A stretch of DNA of 63,872 nt, the filler included, from Gonapodya sp. JEL0774 (Eukaryota), in NCBI GenBank assembly GCA_027604505.1. It is 12 parts of 12 records of this genome, joined end to end, with 100 filler letters (N's around TTAATTAATTAA, not from the genome) between each part and the next. Parts side by side here need not be neighbours in the genome. Positions count along the whole stretch, not along the records: positions 37,411 to 42,634 come from JADIIX010000758.1; positions 42,735 to 47,948 come from JADIIX010000759.1; positions 48,049 to 53,261 come from JADIIX010000760.1; 9 more parts are not named here. One strand, given 5' to 3'. A program made the translations under genes and the position numbers. The notes under the pieces are model-generated. The model did no database searches. It was not told where the DNA came from and saw only the letters and a list, made by a program, of their open reading frames with translations. Shown in pieces: positions 39,120 through 51,000 of the stretch. Numbering within the stretch: position 1 is the stretch's first letter; each line of letters begins with the position of its first letter.

Positions 39120-40715
39120 ATGTCCGGAATCCTCGACCCACTCTTCCCTCCGCCACCCCCCGTTGCTTGGCCCTGGCTCACCACTACGACAACTCCCCCG
39201 CCCACCACAACCGCAGCGACTCCATCTCCATCTTCGACCACAGCCGGTTCATCCCAGACTCTCGGGACAACCCCCGTTTCTTCTCCATCCGCTCCGCCAC
39301 CACCATCTCCATCCCAAACCACGACATCGACATCTGACGCGTCACCTTCGACACCCGCAGCTCCGGCATCTAGCAATGCAAATAGTGGACAAACGGGTCA
39401 GCTCTCGCAATCTTCATCCAGTACTACCATCAATTACACTGCTCGCACTGTTCCCGAGTCGAGATCAAGTACCGTGACGGGTTCAACTAGTACGATTCCT
39501 GCCACGGGGGGCACTCCGACTCCTATTAGCCCCAACAATCCTGGAACGTCTGGCAACGAGTCGGGAGGTTCTTCCTCCGGTGGTGTTTCTCCCACAGTGC
39601 TTGCGGTAGTGGTTATTGGCGTGCTGTTGGGCCTCGTGGGATGTGTGTGGCTGCTCGTCTGGATGCGGAGGAAGCGCCACGCTCCCGAACTCATAAGGAA
39701 GAACCGCATGGTCGGGGACGCCCCACTTGGTGAGTCTTGCTTCTCGATTATTTCGCGTTGACACGGCCGTCTGCGCCATAAACTCATTCAACTTGCGTCC
39801 CTGACAGGCGGAGCGTTCTTTAACAAAGACGGGACACTCGCAAATTCTAAGTTTCCACCCAGCACGACCTATGCCCCAAACATGTCGTACTACGCCAATC
39901 CCAATCAGAACCCCTCTTACCTTACAAACAGCGCGCAATTTTCAGACTTCTCGTTTGATCAATCCTCCGAGGTGATCGGCTCTCGATGGATGAACGACAA
40001 CGGCGCACCAAGAGGGTGGCAACCAGCTGGACTGGGTCCGGGAGCCTATGAGCCAACCATGGATGTCGCAGGGCCACGATCCGTCTCAGATTACAGTGCA
40101 TATGGAGCGGGCCCCGACTCCACTTTCCACGATGTAAAGCGGGCGTCATACCGCTCGAGCAGCACCGGGGCGGGTCCTGATCTCAGTGGATCTTTGGACG
40201 ACTCGGTCGCACTCCAAACCCGAGGACCAGTGGCTTTGGCGTCCAAGGCAGTTACTGCCGCGAGTACAGTCTCCTGGCGAACAACGGACACCGTCGTGAA
40301 ATCTCAAAGTCAGTCTGCAATACCGTCCAAGGCCATCACGGAGACCACAGTGGACTCTTGGCGCACAACCAGCACCATAACCAAGCATTACGTTGATCGC
40401 AGTATGATTCCGCCCCGTTCACCGAGCACCACGTACTCCGAAGACCTGCAACGGAATATCCCGGACGAATATTTCAGCAAGGTATTTGAGCTAGGCTCTC
40501 AAGCTTTGTCCAACACCACAAGTACTCGATTGGCTCCGCCGAGCACTATGTCACGCGCAACCGAGTCGGGCTCGGTCTTCCTCACTCCCACATCCCCAGA
40601 GTCACAGAAAGCACCGGAGATGACTTGGATCTCGCAGCGAGCAAGTTTGGGACGGCCCAATCACATCGCGTTGCCTGATAGGTCGGTGCGTGGGTTGATG
40701 GAGAGGGATGGGTGA
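39120..40715 (+). CDS. Mid2/Wsc-like single-pass protein: Ser/Thr/Pro-rich ectodomain, TM helix, long tail
   Basis: ~150-aa S/T/P tract, TM VLAVVVIGVLLGLVGCVWLLVWM followed by RRKR; an intron at about 39730-39807 joins in frame to the 277-aa ORF. Confidence 0.75.
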
Positions 40716-40958
40716 TTGAGGGCGAGATTGAGGTGACGGTGACACGAGGAAAGGGTTCACGCTGGTTACACCAGGAAGTGCAATGTTCATGGTGAAAAGG
40801 ACTCCCATCGACTATTTATTCGTAGATCAAACGAGTGTCGGACTTTGCCCCAACTCTGTGCTGGTACCAGGCAAGGGAATAAAAATTCAGTTGTCGTAAT
40901 ATCTTGTAGTACAAAAGGTTTTGTGATGATTGCGGCAATGTGTTGTGTTGTGGAATTG

Positions 40959-42248
40959 ATGGAAGAACGAATTCCAGGAGTTCAGTGGAACAATCAAAGA
41001 GAACACAGAGCCTGCACAATGACATCAACAACTGCCATCACAGCTCGAGGTGAGTCATGGATACAGTGTACTTGAAGATCTTTTCCACTCTGCAAACCTG
41101 ATCGATCATCTCCAATTGCAGTGAAGCAAGCTCTAGCAAAGTACACCATCCAAGACCCTCTCACAGGCATATCCTTCCTCAATCTCGGGGCATCTGGTGC
41201 TCCCCCCTTCCACAAATCTTCGTCTTCTCCTTCCCGTGGATCTGGCTCGGAAAAATTAGCAAAGTGGTGGTTCTCTGACCCTGACGTCGCGATTCCTGTA
41301 CTGTGCGCTCTGTCCTTTTATTCGTCTCCCGTAGAGTATGCTCCAGGATTCAAAAATGCGGAAAGAACTTGGGAGGAAATTCTCAAGGCACGAGGGGATG
41401 ATTCGGCGACAATGGACCGCGAACTCCGCAAATCTGGTCGGAGGAGCAATCGCGCGAGTAAGCCAATGGGAACCGATGTGACATCGGGGTTGGATGCACC
41501 CTCGCCCCATATAATCACGCTACGGAATGCGGCGTTCGTGCCACCTCAGTTTCATCGCAACGGACCCGGCAACTGGCTTGTCGGCCGGCAACCACCACCT
41601 CAACATTTATTCCGCAAACCCCCACTCCGCGTTCTGACGCATATTGACCCCGAGAAACCGACTGAAGTCATGTGGGACAATCGTTTTCTCGTCTCCGTAC
41701 GTCGGCCAGACCATGTTCCGGCGAGTTACACTTTCCATGGAGTGGATCCCCGTGACATCCCTCTCGTAGTTCGGCAATTCACACAAGTGGACTACCGGAA
41801 CTGCGTAGCGAGGTGTCAGATGGCGGTGGGATGGGACGACAGGATACGGAGTGCTCTTGCGGCGGGGATGGAGGACGGTTCTTCATCCGATGAGTATCGA
41901 GAACTCGCTCTGGCGAACCCCCCGCCTCGACCCACCCACCCCGACTCTCTCGCTCCGTATGCCCGATTGTTTCATAACTCGCTTCTGCACTTCGTCCGTG
42001 CCTGTCCCGTCATTCTTCGACCTTCTATTCCGTGCGTGGCAATCCTGCAGGACAACGGGGATGAATCTCATGTGGTTGCAGTACCGAGTCTGGGTATCGT
42101 TTTGGAGCGAGGACTATGTGAGGTAGATGTAGTGTACGTGAAAGAGAAGTTGGTGGATGAGTATGGGTTGGAGGAGAGTGTATGGTGGAACCCACGACGT
42201 GATGAGAAGCGGACGGTGAATGCGGCAGAATTATCATCTGAGCTGTGA
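40959..42248 (+). CDS. Protein resembling the C-terminal half of fungal tRNA(Ile)-lysidine synthase (TilS); no PP-loop domain present
   Basis: RQPPP...VMWDNRFLVSV...VVRQF...RPSIPCVA...VVAVPSLG recalls TilS C-termini (from memory); intron about 41049-41121; 5' end uncertain. Confidence 0.45.
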
Positions 42249-42512
42249 ATTTTTCTCTGGCTGATACTTTCTAAATCCACTAATGTATTCCGAGCTCGGA
42301 CCGTTCTCCGCCTTTCTTTACACGAAAATCAATTGCATTGTTAATCCAATGTCTGCGGCACATTGCAGAAATCCCGACTTCCGAAACAGTAAGAAAACAA
42401 AATATAACACGAATTATTCTCTACTCGCAGTCCGAGAATTGCTGCGGTCACTATCATATGCATCACCACACCGTCATCGGAGAATTCAGCCGTTCGCCTT
42501 TACATCTCACTA

Positions 42513-42634
42513 ATGCCACCCGCAACACTCAGCAAGCGTGCGGCCTACACCACGTCTGATCCTGACGCTCTCCTTGACGACGACAGGACGGTGCTCGACG
42601 AAGACGGTGCGTTCTGCTGGATGTTGGTGATCAG
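42513..42634 (+). CDS. Possible first exon of an unknown gene (truncated)
   Basis: MPPATLSKRAAYTTSDPDALLDDDRTVLDED followed by a GTGCGT donor. Confidence 0.35.
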
Positions 42635-42734
42635 NNNNNNNNNNNNNNNNNNNNNNNNNNNNNNNNNNNNNNNNNNNNTTAATTAATTAANNNNNNNNNN
42701 NNNNNNNNNNNNNNNNNNNNNNNNNNNNNNNNNN

Positions 42735-43504
42735 GTCGGTGCCGTCCAACTTCAAGGTACCATGTGTTCGGAAACCATTTCACCATTATTCTCTCTATCA
42801 GGATTTTCCATCGTATTTGCCTTCCTTGTCACCCATCCAGCCGGAAACGCCTTTCTCTCCTTCCTCATTCAAACGTCCACTCAAGCTGAACACACCGTTC
42901 GTGGGACAACGGCGAAGATGGCTCGTAGGCTGAGCGCACTATCCAGGCGAGGGTCACCGGTGAGTGATTACTTAGCTATGGCGGCAGAAGTGCGGGAAAC
43001 AAAGGAGAGGACAGTTACAGTGTATTTGGTAGAGAATCAGATTATGGTAAGTTGGTCAGTATGCAAACCTTGTATTACTAGGAACATCGGCTGAGTTATA
43101 CACACCAACTTTGCCTTCTTTAGTGGCCCCTCGCGGGCTGGGTACCCTCAACCTACTCCTCGCCCTTTGATCCACCCCCTTGGACTGACGCCGTCATATT
43201 TTCCGAGCCCCGTCCCCCGAAATCCATCTACACCGCACCCCTTGGCCACACATGGTCCGAGCTATCGTGGACATTGGTTAACCCAGGTTTACCAGGAGAC
43301 CCCGTTCTGGGAGCTTACTGGCAAGAAGCGGATGAAGAGGGGTGGGTTTATTGTGGAAGAGACTGGGCCAAGGTGAACATCAAAGAGAGCGGGTGGTGGG
43401 TGAGTGTGGGGAGGAGGCGGTGTTGGAAGCGACAGGCGAGGGAGACAGCTGTCGGGACGCTGGGACGGCCAACGGAGGATAGGGAGGGAAAGATGGGGGA
43501 GTGA
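42735..43504 (+). CDS. Pex23/Pex24p-family peroxin C-terminus (DysF domain), 5'-truncated
   Basis: VYLVENQIM/WPLAGW...DPPPWTD...DEEGWVYCGRDW...GRRRCWKR; intron about 43047-43123. Confidence 0.75.
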
Positions 43505-43960
43505 AACTTTCCGAGGACTGAATGTGGACTAGTGCCTGGTGAACTCTAAAGGACTTTGGGAGCATCGTGCCAAATAGCACGTCGAAGATACAGTCATATT
43601 CTCTTAAATTGTTCATGATTTCATTATCTTCACTTGTGAGTGTTCGCTGCAACAGAGCTGAAACCGATCATGTAACCAATTACATAAGTGGGCTACCAAC
43701 CATGAGCAAACGACTCACTGGGTTCATGGTTCCAAGTATATTTCGATTGTGGAGCGAGACTTGATATCATCGAGGCGGGCACCCGGTTCCGAGTTGGTAA
43801 AACCAGTTGAGCCGATCCGAATACCCAGTTCTCCTTAGTGGTACGTCGTGTGGGACTCCCTTCATAAGTGCGACTGCCTTCCTTCGTCCTCAGCGCAGTT
43901 CAAGACATTCCTAACCCATCTTCGAAAAGCGACGCCTTATTGCCGCAAAGAAAGACCATA

Positions 43961-45222
43961 ATGTCGTCTTCGAGAACCATAATCAAGAAGGTCCTCTCTC
44001 GAGAACAATCAGAGGGCGACGGGGCGATGGTACGACGATCGATTGGGACAGCATCTCTAAGAAATCTTGGTGAGAGGGTGACGAATGTTCCTCGCTCGGA
44101 GCTCTCCTGCTGATCTGGGAAGTGACAGACCCTTTCCTCATGCTCGACGAGTTCTTTGTGGAGCCACCCGCTGGATTTCCAGGTGAGTCTTGGGTATTTG
44201 CTTTCGTTTCTCTGCCCACCTGATCTCCATCTCTTGCCCTCATCGTGTTACCGAGACCACCCCCATCGTGGAATCGAAACTGTGACGTACGTGCTTAAAG
44301 GAAGCTTCGAGCATGAGGACTTCACGGGACGAAAGGGACGTATAGATGCCGGAGATATCCAGTGGATGAGAGCGGGCAAGGCCATTATGCACGCAGAGAT
44401 GCCCGTCCTGGGTGGCGCCGCGGTCAACCATGGTCTGCAGTGAGTTTGGGAACAGAGTTTAGCCAACCGAGCTTCTTTTGCTTTGTGATAATGCTTTCGC
44501 TTCGCTCTACTCAAAAGACTTTGGGTCAATCTGCCCCGACGAGAAAAGATGTCGGAACCTCTGTACCAAGAACACACCTCCGCGGTACTCCCCTGGGCTG
44601 ACCTGCCCAACGCGGCGGGCAGAGTCAAGATTATTGCGGGTGAACCGTACGGAGTCAAGGCCAAGGTGGACACGGTGACGCCCATCATCTACCAACACTA
44701 TTTTGTGGAGGCGGGAAAGACCGTTGAAATTGTGGGTGTTCTCAACTTCCGGTGCAGATCTTCAGATCGTCCCAATGTTTGAGTTCACTGAACTCGTACA
44801 TAAACTTTTTGCCGGCAGCCTGTCCCATCGTCCTTCACGGCGTTCCTCTATGTACTTAATGGACAGGCACGATTTGGCGCCACCAAGGACCTGGGTGAGG
44901 CCCACACGACACTCGTAGCGAACAACGGAGGTGACACTATCCTCGTTGAAACTGACCCGGACGTCAAGTGCGATTTTGTTCTTGTCGCAGGGGAACCTTT
45001 GGGAGAGCCCGTGGTTCAGGTGAGTTGTCCGATTCATTTCTGCTGCCGCTTCTGTCGCCTGGGGAGCAAATTGAAAGCTAACGTACATTCGCGATCGTGA
45101 AGCATGGTCCCTTTGTCATGACGACTCGTGAAGAAATCATGGAGACCATGAAGGATTTCCACGAAGCGCGGAATGGGTTCGAGAATGCTCACAACTGGAG
45201 AAGCAAAATCGGCAATAGGTGA
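43961..45222 (+). CDS. Pirin
   Basis: EQSEGDGAMVRRSIG, DPFLMLDEF, GFP/DHPHRGIETVTY, WMRAGKAIMHAEMP, GLQ/LWVNLP, GEPLGEPVVQ/HGPFVM. Confidence 0.96.
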
Positions 45223-45531
45223 GCGAATGGATGGTTTTGTGAGACGGTTTGATTTCTAACTGTTTACCAATTCCGTCGTTTTCCTTGAATCGCATCGAGG
45301 TGGTGAGGGCGAAACGGGTTGCGCATGGTGACAGCGTTCATGCAATTCATTACCAGTAGGCGGACCATAATTTTCCTTTCAACAAACAAAGAGTCTGTAT
45401 GCATGTCACTTTGCAGAGTCAAACCTCTTTGCATTCAATTCAATAGTTCCGAAAACGGCCGAGTGAGGATCCCTTGCCGGAAGTTTTTACAGCATGTGCA
45501 AAAGCTCGCCGAAGTGCAAATCACGCAAAGA

Positions 45532-46979
45532 ATGGCCACTCCTTACATTACTGTGAACCCATCGGCGGCGTCTGACCCTACGCTTGCCCACATTGTGCCC
45601 AAGATCGATGAATCGGTGGTTCAGTTCGTTCACGCCGCCAGCGATCACGTATGGGTCGAGGGCCCTTCGTATCTCCCGCACGCGGATGCATTCGTTTTCT
45701 CGGACATTCCCCCTTCGCAGCAGTGGGCGGTTGACAGGAGCTCGGGTGAGATTCTCTGATTCCTGTCTCCCGCGCATTCCCTTCAACCGACTTTGGATCC
45801 CTTAACCTGTCCAACACCAGGATCCAAGCGCCTCGCTAGGTATGGCACCGGTCTCTGTAACGGGACATTTCTTTCATCTCGTCTGTCAGCGATCGCAGAG
45901 CTAGATGGAAAAAAATATGGTCGGGAGAGGAAGTGGGACGTGATCTTGTGTTGTGAGCACAGTGGGCGGAGGATTAGTGCCGTCACGTACGAGACAATCA
46001 TCGACAGCAAGGAGGGTAAAAAGGAAGACCACATTGAGGCGGTTGAGAAGAAGTGAGGTTCTCGACGGCTCCAAAGCTTTGCTTTCGGCCACTCAACTGG
46101 CGGACTCCGTCCGTTTATCAGAGTATTGGTCGACAACTACCAAGGCAAACCTTTCAACTCACCCAATGACGTCATCGAACTTCCCGACGGCAGCGTCATC
46201 TTCACCGACCCGACCTACGGGTGCTACCCCTCTACAATCGAGGGACACGGACTGTTTCCCGCTCAGCCCGAGACCGCCGTGTACCGCTTTCACTTGAGCG
46301 ATCCTCAAGGCACAATTGAAAAAATTGCGACTGGAATGAGTATGTGAGTCATCATGTTTGGGTATTTTATTCTTTCGTCTGGTGTCTTGACACGCAATCG
46401 TCCACGCTATCAGGCCCAACGGCCTCACCTTCCTGGCCCCATCAACCCTCCTCGTCGCCGATTCAGGTGCCGGACTTCCTCTCTACTTGGACCCAAAGCG
46501 CTGGGACTTCTCCCGCCCGCATCACGTGAAAGCGTTTACCTTACCCGTACAGATCCCGGTTGGAACCAAGGCTGATGGCACCTTGGGAACCTACAGTGGC
46601 AAGTGGGGGGATGTGACGAGTACCGCCCGGGTAGTTGTCAACGCACAGAAAGGTGAGTTGATGTTCACCAACGCGAGCAAAGTGGGTCCAACAAAAAATC
46701 ACTGACATTCCAACATCATTACATCCCATAGGTATACCTGATGGCATTCGCCTCGATGCCGCTGGTCGGCTCTGGGTCACCACCGACAACGGCATCGAAG
46801 TATACGCTCCCGTACTCCCATCAGCCACCGAACCACCCGCCCACCTCTTCACCCTCAACTTCCCCGTCGTCACCGCCAACTTTTGCTTTGGTGGACCCGG
46901 TATGGACGTGTTGTGCGTCTGTAACAACCACGATGTGTGGCTTGTGAAAGGACTGGGGATCAAAGGGCTCCCTTGGTGA
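45532..46979 (+). CDS. SMP-30/gluconolactonase family beta-propeller, multi-exon
   Basis: WVEGPSY...FSDIP, CEHSGRRIS, YQGKPFNSPNDV...FTDPTYG, PNGLTF, GIPDGIRLDAAGRLW, ANFCFGG. Confidence 0.93.
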
Positions 46980-47381
46980 GACTAAAATTTGAACAGAACA
47001 GTATATGTATGTCGTACAAATTATTAAAAAGAAGCAAAAGTGCATCATCAACAATCTCCCAAAAGTCATGCTCTACATGCTCGAGCGTCCACGTTTCCTG
47101 TCCCCGATCACTCTCCTATACTGATTGTGGTTGAAGGGACTTGTCATGCAGTAACTGATGGACTCTTGCATTGTCTTTCCTGCATGAACAAGGAACTGTA
47201 TGAATGGACCTGTTTAGTTGAGCTCCGAAACTCAATTGTACTCACCCTATATAATGAATGATCGGGAGTGCCACATGCGATTCCCACCCGCGCAACGGCC
47301 GAGTATGCGAAGTGCGGAGAGCAGAGAAGTTCACGCATCAGTGTCAGAAATGCCATTCAATGATTTGTGCTTTCGGAGGAA

Positions 47382-47948
47382 TCAAGACTCACGTGTAAAC
47401 CGCAGCCCACACACGGTGCATTGGAAGGGTTTCTCCCCGGTGTGCATCCGCATGTGCCGATCGAGATGAGCTGGAAAGTCACACGAGTATTTGAATTTGT
47501 AACACGTGCCCATGAGAATCATGAGGGAACATGTGTTCACCCTAAACTCACCTGGCGTGGGAAACCGGCGTGAACACGACTCGACGGGACAGACGTACCG
47601 CCAATCCAACCGATCGCGATTTGGTCGAACGCCCTCTGATGGCCGCGAGGTATTTCGAGCTTGCGGGTGTCCGCCGTATTCTTGAGCAGCGCTGTACTGC
47701 ACGCCGTAGGGATGAGTTTGTGCAGGTTGCCAGGGCAGGTGCTCCCCCAAGAACGGTTGAGGGGTCTGAGAATACGGGTTGATTACTGAACGAGGTGAAG
47801 ATCGACTGCGGTTGGCAGACGTATGTTTGGCATAGCCATAGGGTGGTGGTGGAATTTCAGCCCCTAAGTGTTTATTGTGAAGGGGCTGGAACTGGGTGCT
47901 GGGAGTGGCGGGAGTGGAGGAATATCCCTGATAATTCCCATACATACT
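47382..47948 (-). CDS. C2H2 zinc-finger transcription factor (partial; ends not defined)
   Basis: YVCPVESCSRRFPTP/AHLDRHMRMHTGEKPFQCTVCGLRFT. Confidence 0.85.
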   Translation of the reverse strand, partial: SMYGNYQGYSSTPATPSTQFQPLHNKHLGAEIPPPPYGYAKHTSANRSRSSPRSVINPYSQTPQPFLGEHLPWQPAQTHPYGVQYSAAQEYGGHPQARNTSRPSEGVRPNRDRLDWRYVCPVESCSRRFPTPGEFRVNTCSLMILMGTCYKFKYSCDFPAHLDRHMRMHTGEKPFQCTVCGLRFTRES

Positions 47949-48048
47949 NNNNNNNNNNNNNNNNNNNNNNNNNNNNNNNNNNNNNNNNNNNNTTAATTAA
48001 TTAANNNNNNNNNNNNNNNNNNNNNNNNNNNNNNNNNNNNNNNNNNNN

Positions 48049-51000
48049 ACCACCAACGGCAACAAGCTCATGTTCGAAACCATGGACGACGGACCCAACA
48101 TTTTCATGCAGCTCTTGATGCCCGCTGGTGTCGCGTGCAATGGAAAACAGCCCGCGGCTACCGTCACATTGTCCATGACCGGCGCGTTGTTGACCGGTGG
48201 TGCGATCGTGCCCCAGATTCATCCGGTCGGTCAGGCTGCTGCACGTGAGTTTGATCACCGTCACATTGAAGGCTTCTGTGTGAAGCGATGTCTTGATACT
48301 GACACTCGATTGTCAAATGTCGTGTTCTAGCTGCTCCCGCTGCAGGTAATGGTGAGCTTCTAGCCTTCTGGCGACGTTTGGTCAACAATACGTCACTCAT
48401 CTTTCCTCCCTTTGTGCACCGTTAACCTCATTAGCAGGGGCTGGTCAAGCGTGAGTTGCTCGCAATCTTCTCTTCCTGTCCTTCCTCAATGCTTGAGCTT
48501 GCCACACGTATTCTCCCACCAGTGCAACTCCCGCTCCAGCCACCGCGACGCCTGCACCGACGCCCGCACCTGCCACCGGCACTCTCCCCACTGGCGATGC
48601 CGGGGTTTGCTTTGTGACGCTTCCGAAAAACGCCCTCAGCGCGACGGGTCTCTCCACACCGTGGCTCGTCTCCGGCAACGGGTGTACCCAGACCGCGGAC
48701 GGTGCACCGACGTGAGTTTTCGGCACTCTTTCACGTGCTAGGTACAGCTTGTTTAGCGCTCGGGGAATTTAACTGCATCCTGCCCTCCTCTTCCAGCTTC
48801 GCCGAATGCACCATCGTCGACCCCACCAACAACAAACTCTTCGTCTACTCCCCGCTCCTCATCAACCAGGGCCAAGCCTTCGTCCAACCCGTTGTTCCCA
48901 CCCTCCCCGCCAACAGCGTTGTCGGATGCTGGTTCGGCACCAACGGCGACACCACCGTCCTGGCCGACACCACCAACGGTGCGGACCTGGCGGCCGCCAA
49001 CTGCGTGAACGGGGATCCGAAGACAAAGGGAGATCTCTTTGGACAGTTCGCAGCGTGTAATGCGGCGCAGTTCTTTGCCGCGGCGAACAAGGCGAACCTG
49101 GCGATTCCGGCGCTGGGAACGGGAAAGAATGGGAAACCCTGCTACACCACACGATCTTTCGAGGTTGTGGATATGGACCAGTCGGATAACGTGATCACCA
49201 CGTACTCTCTTGGTGAGGTATCGGATTTTAGCAGGTGATGATAAACCAGTGTGACTTCACATTTCCGAACCTCGTGTTCGCTCCCCAACTTTCAGACAAC
49301 AACGGCAAGATCGGCCAAAAGACCACCGCCAACTCCAAGACGCTCACCAACGACATCAACAATGGCAGCGACAACCTCCTTCTCGACCTGTTCATGCGAC
49401 CTGCGCTCGGCTGTACGGCCTTTGTGGCACCGAGTTTGGCCGATCCGGCAATGTCGTTTGGGTCCTTGGCGCTGAATGAATTGCAAGCTGCGAAACTTCA
49501 GGCTGCACCCGTTGCGACGGTTCCGCCCAATGTGAGTGAGATTTTTCGCTTCTCAGGACGTGGGGCCATTGAACCTATTCTTTTCGATCCATGATATATC
49601 GAACTAAGAACCCCATGGTTACACTCAACGGCGCATTCTCGCTCACGAAACAAAACGCCTACCGAGCTGCCGCCAACATGGCCGCCGGTGCGGGCACCAC
49701 CGCCGAAGCCACCGCATACTGCCAGAACTTTTTGGACGTGACCGCCACCTCCATCATCACCGACGCCAAGTTCACCATCGGCTTCATGTCGCCGGACACT
49801 GGAGCCGGAGTGGACTTGTACACCTTCTTGGGTCAGCGGCATGCTGCCTCGTGGACTGGACTCGGTTGCGATACCCTCTTGACAAAGGTAAGAACGGTGG
49901 TGATCAGGAGTCGCCTCCCCTCATTCGCGATTCATCAGTTGCTAATGCTCCTTAATAGGTCGTCTACCTCGATGCCGCTCAGAAGCTTCCCATAATCACC
50001 AACACCAACGCTGACGGGGTCACAACCTCTTTGACCTTCAACACCGCAACCCTTCTCGCCGCCGCTCAAAAGGCCGGTCTCGTCATGAACACTCCTGCAC
50101 CAGCAGCTGGGAACGGTAATGGTGGCGCTGCCACCCCTGCTCCAGCCACACCTGCACCAGCCACGCCGGCTCCAACTCCGGCTGCCGGTGCAGCTCCGGT
50201 TTACGATTTTGCCTACGAGTTCGCGGCGTGCTATCCCAGTGGCAACGGTCAAAATATCTTCCAGGTCAATATCAAGGCTTCGGTGAACGGAGAACAACCC
50301 GCTGCAGATGCAAACGGGTGAGTGCAAAGTCGGGGGTCGTTCCTGGCAAATGACTCACGTATCTATTCAATTTTCTAGTGGTCTCGCGGCTCTCACTATC
50401 ACCTTCAACGGTCTAGCAAGCATCGGCATCGCCAACACAGGAAGTATTGTCAATCCAACCACGTCGGGCAACAAGCTCATGTTCCAGACCATGGACGACG
50501 GCCCTCAGATTTTCCTCCAGCTCTTGATGCCGGCTGGGGTGGCATGCAATGGAAAACAACCCGCCGCGACTGTCACACTTTCCATGACCGGTGCTCTTCT
50601 CACTGGAGGGGCGATTGTCCCACAGATCCACCCTGTTGGCCAGGCAGCGGCACGTGAGTACTTACTATCATGGCAGATATCATCGCTGTTAATGCTTGAG
50701 TCTTATGTGTGAATTCTTTTCAGCCGCTACTCCTGCTCCGACTCCCGCCGCGGGCAACGGCGCCGTGACCCCCACCCCAGCTCCCGCCACTCCAGCACCA
50801 GCACCCGCGACCCCGGCACCTGTTCCCGCTGCAGGAGGCGCCCCAGTCTACGACTTTGCCTATGAGTTTGCAGCATGCTACCCTAGTGGCAACGGTCAAA
50901 ACATCTTCCAGATCAACATCAAAGCATCTGTGAATGGAGAACAGCCGGCAGCTGATGCCAATGGGTGAGTGGACATACCTCGCGCCCACTCTTGTCGAAA

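Noticed and set aside
43961..46979. Pirin plus gluconolactonase as a catabolic cluster
   Set aside because: Both are common genes; no further pathway genes or shared regulatory signal visible
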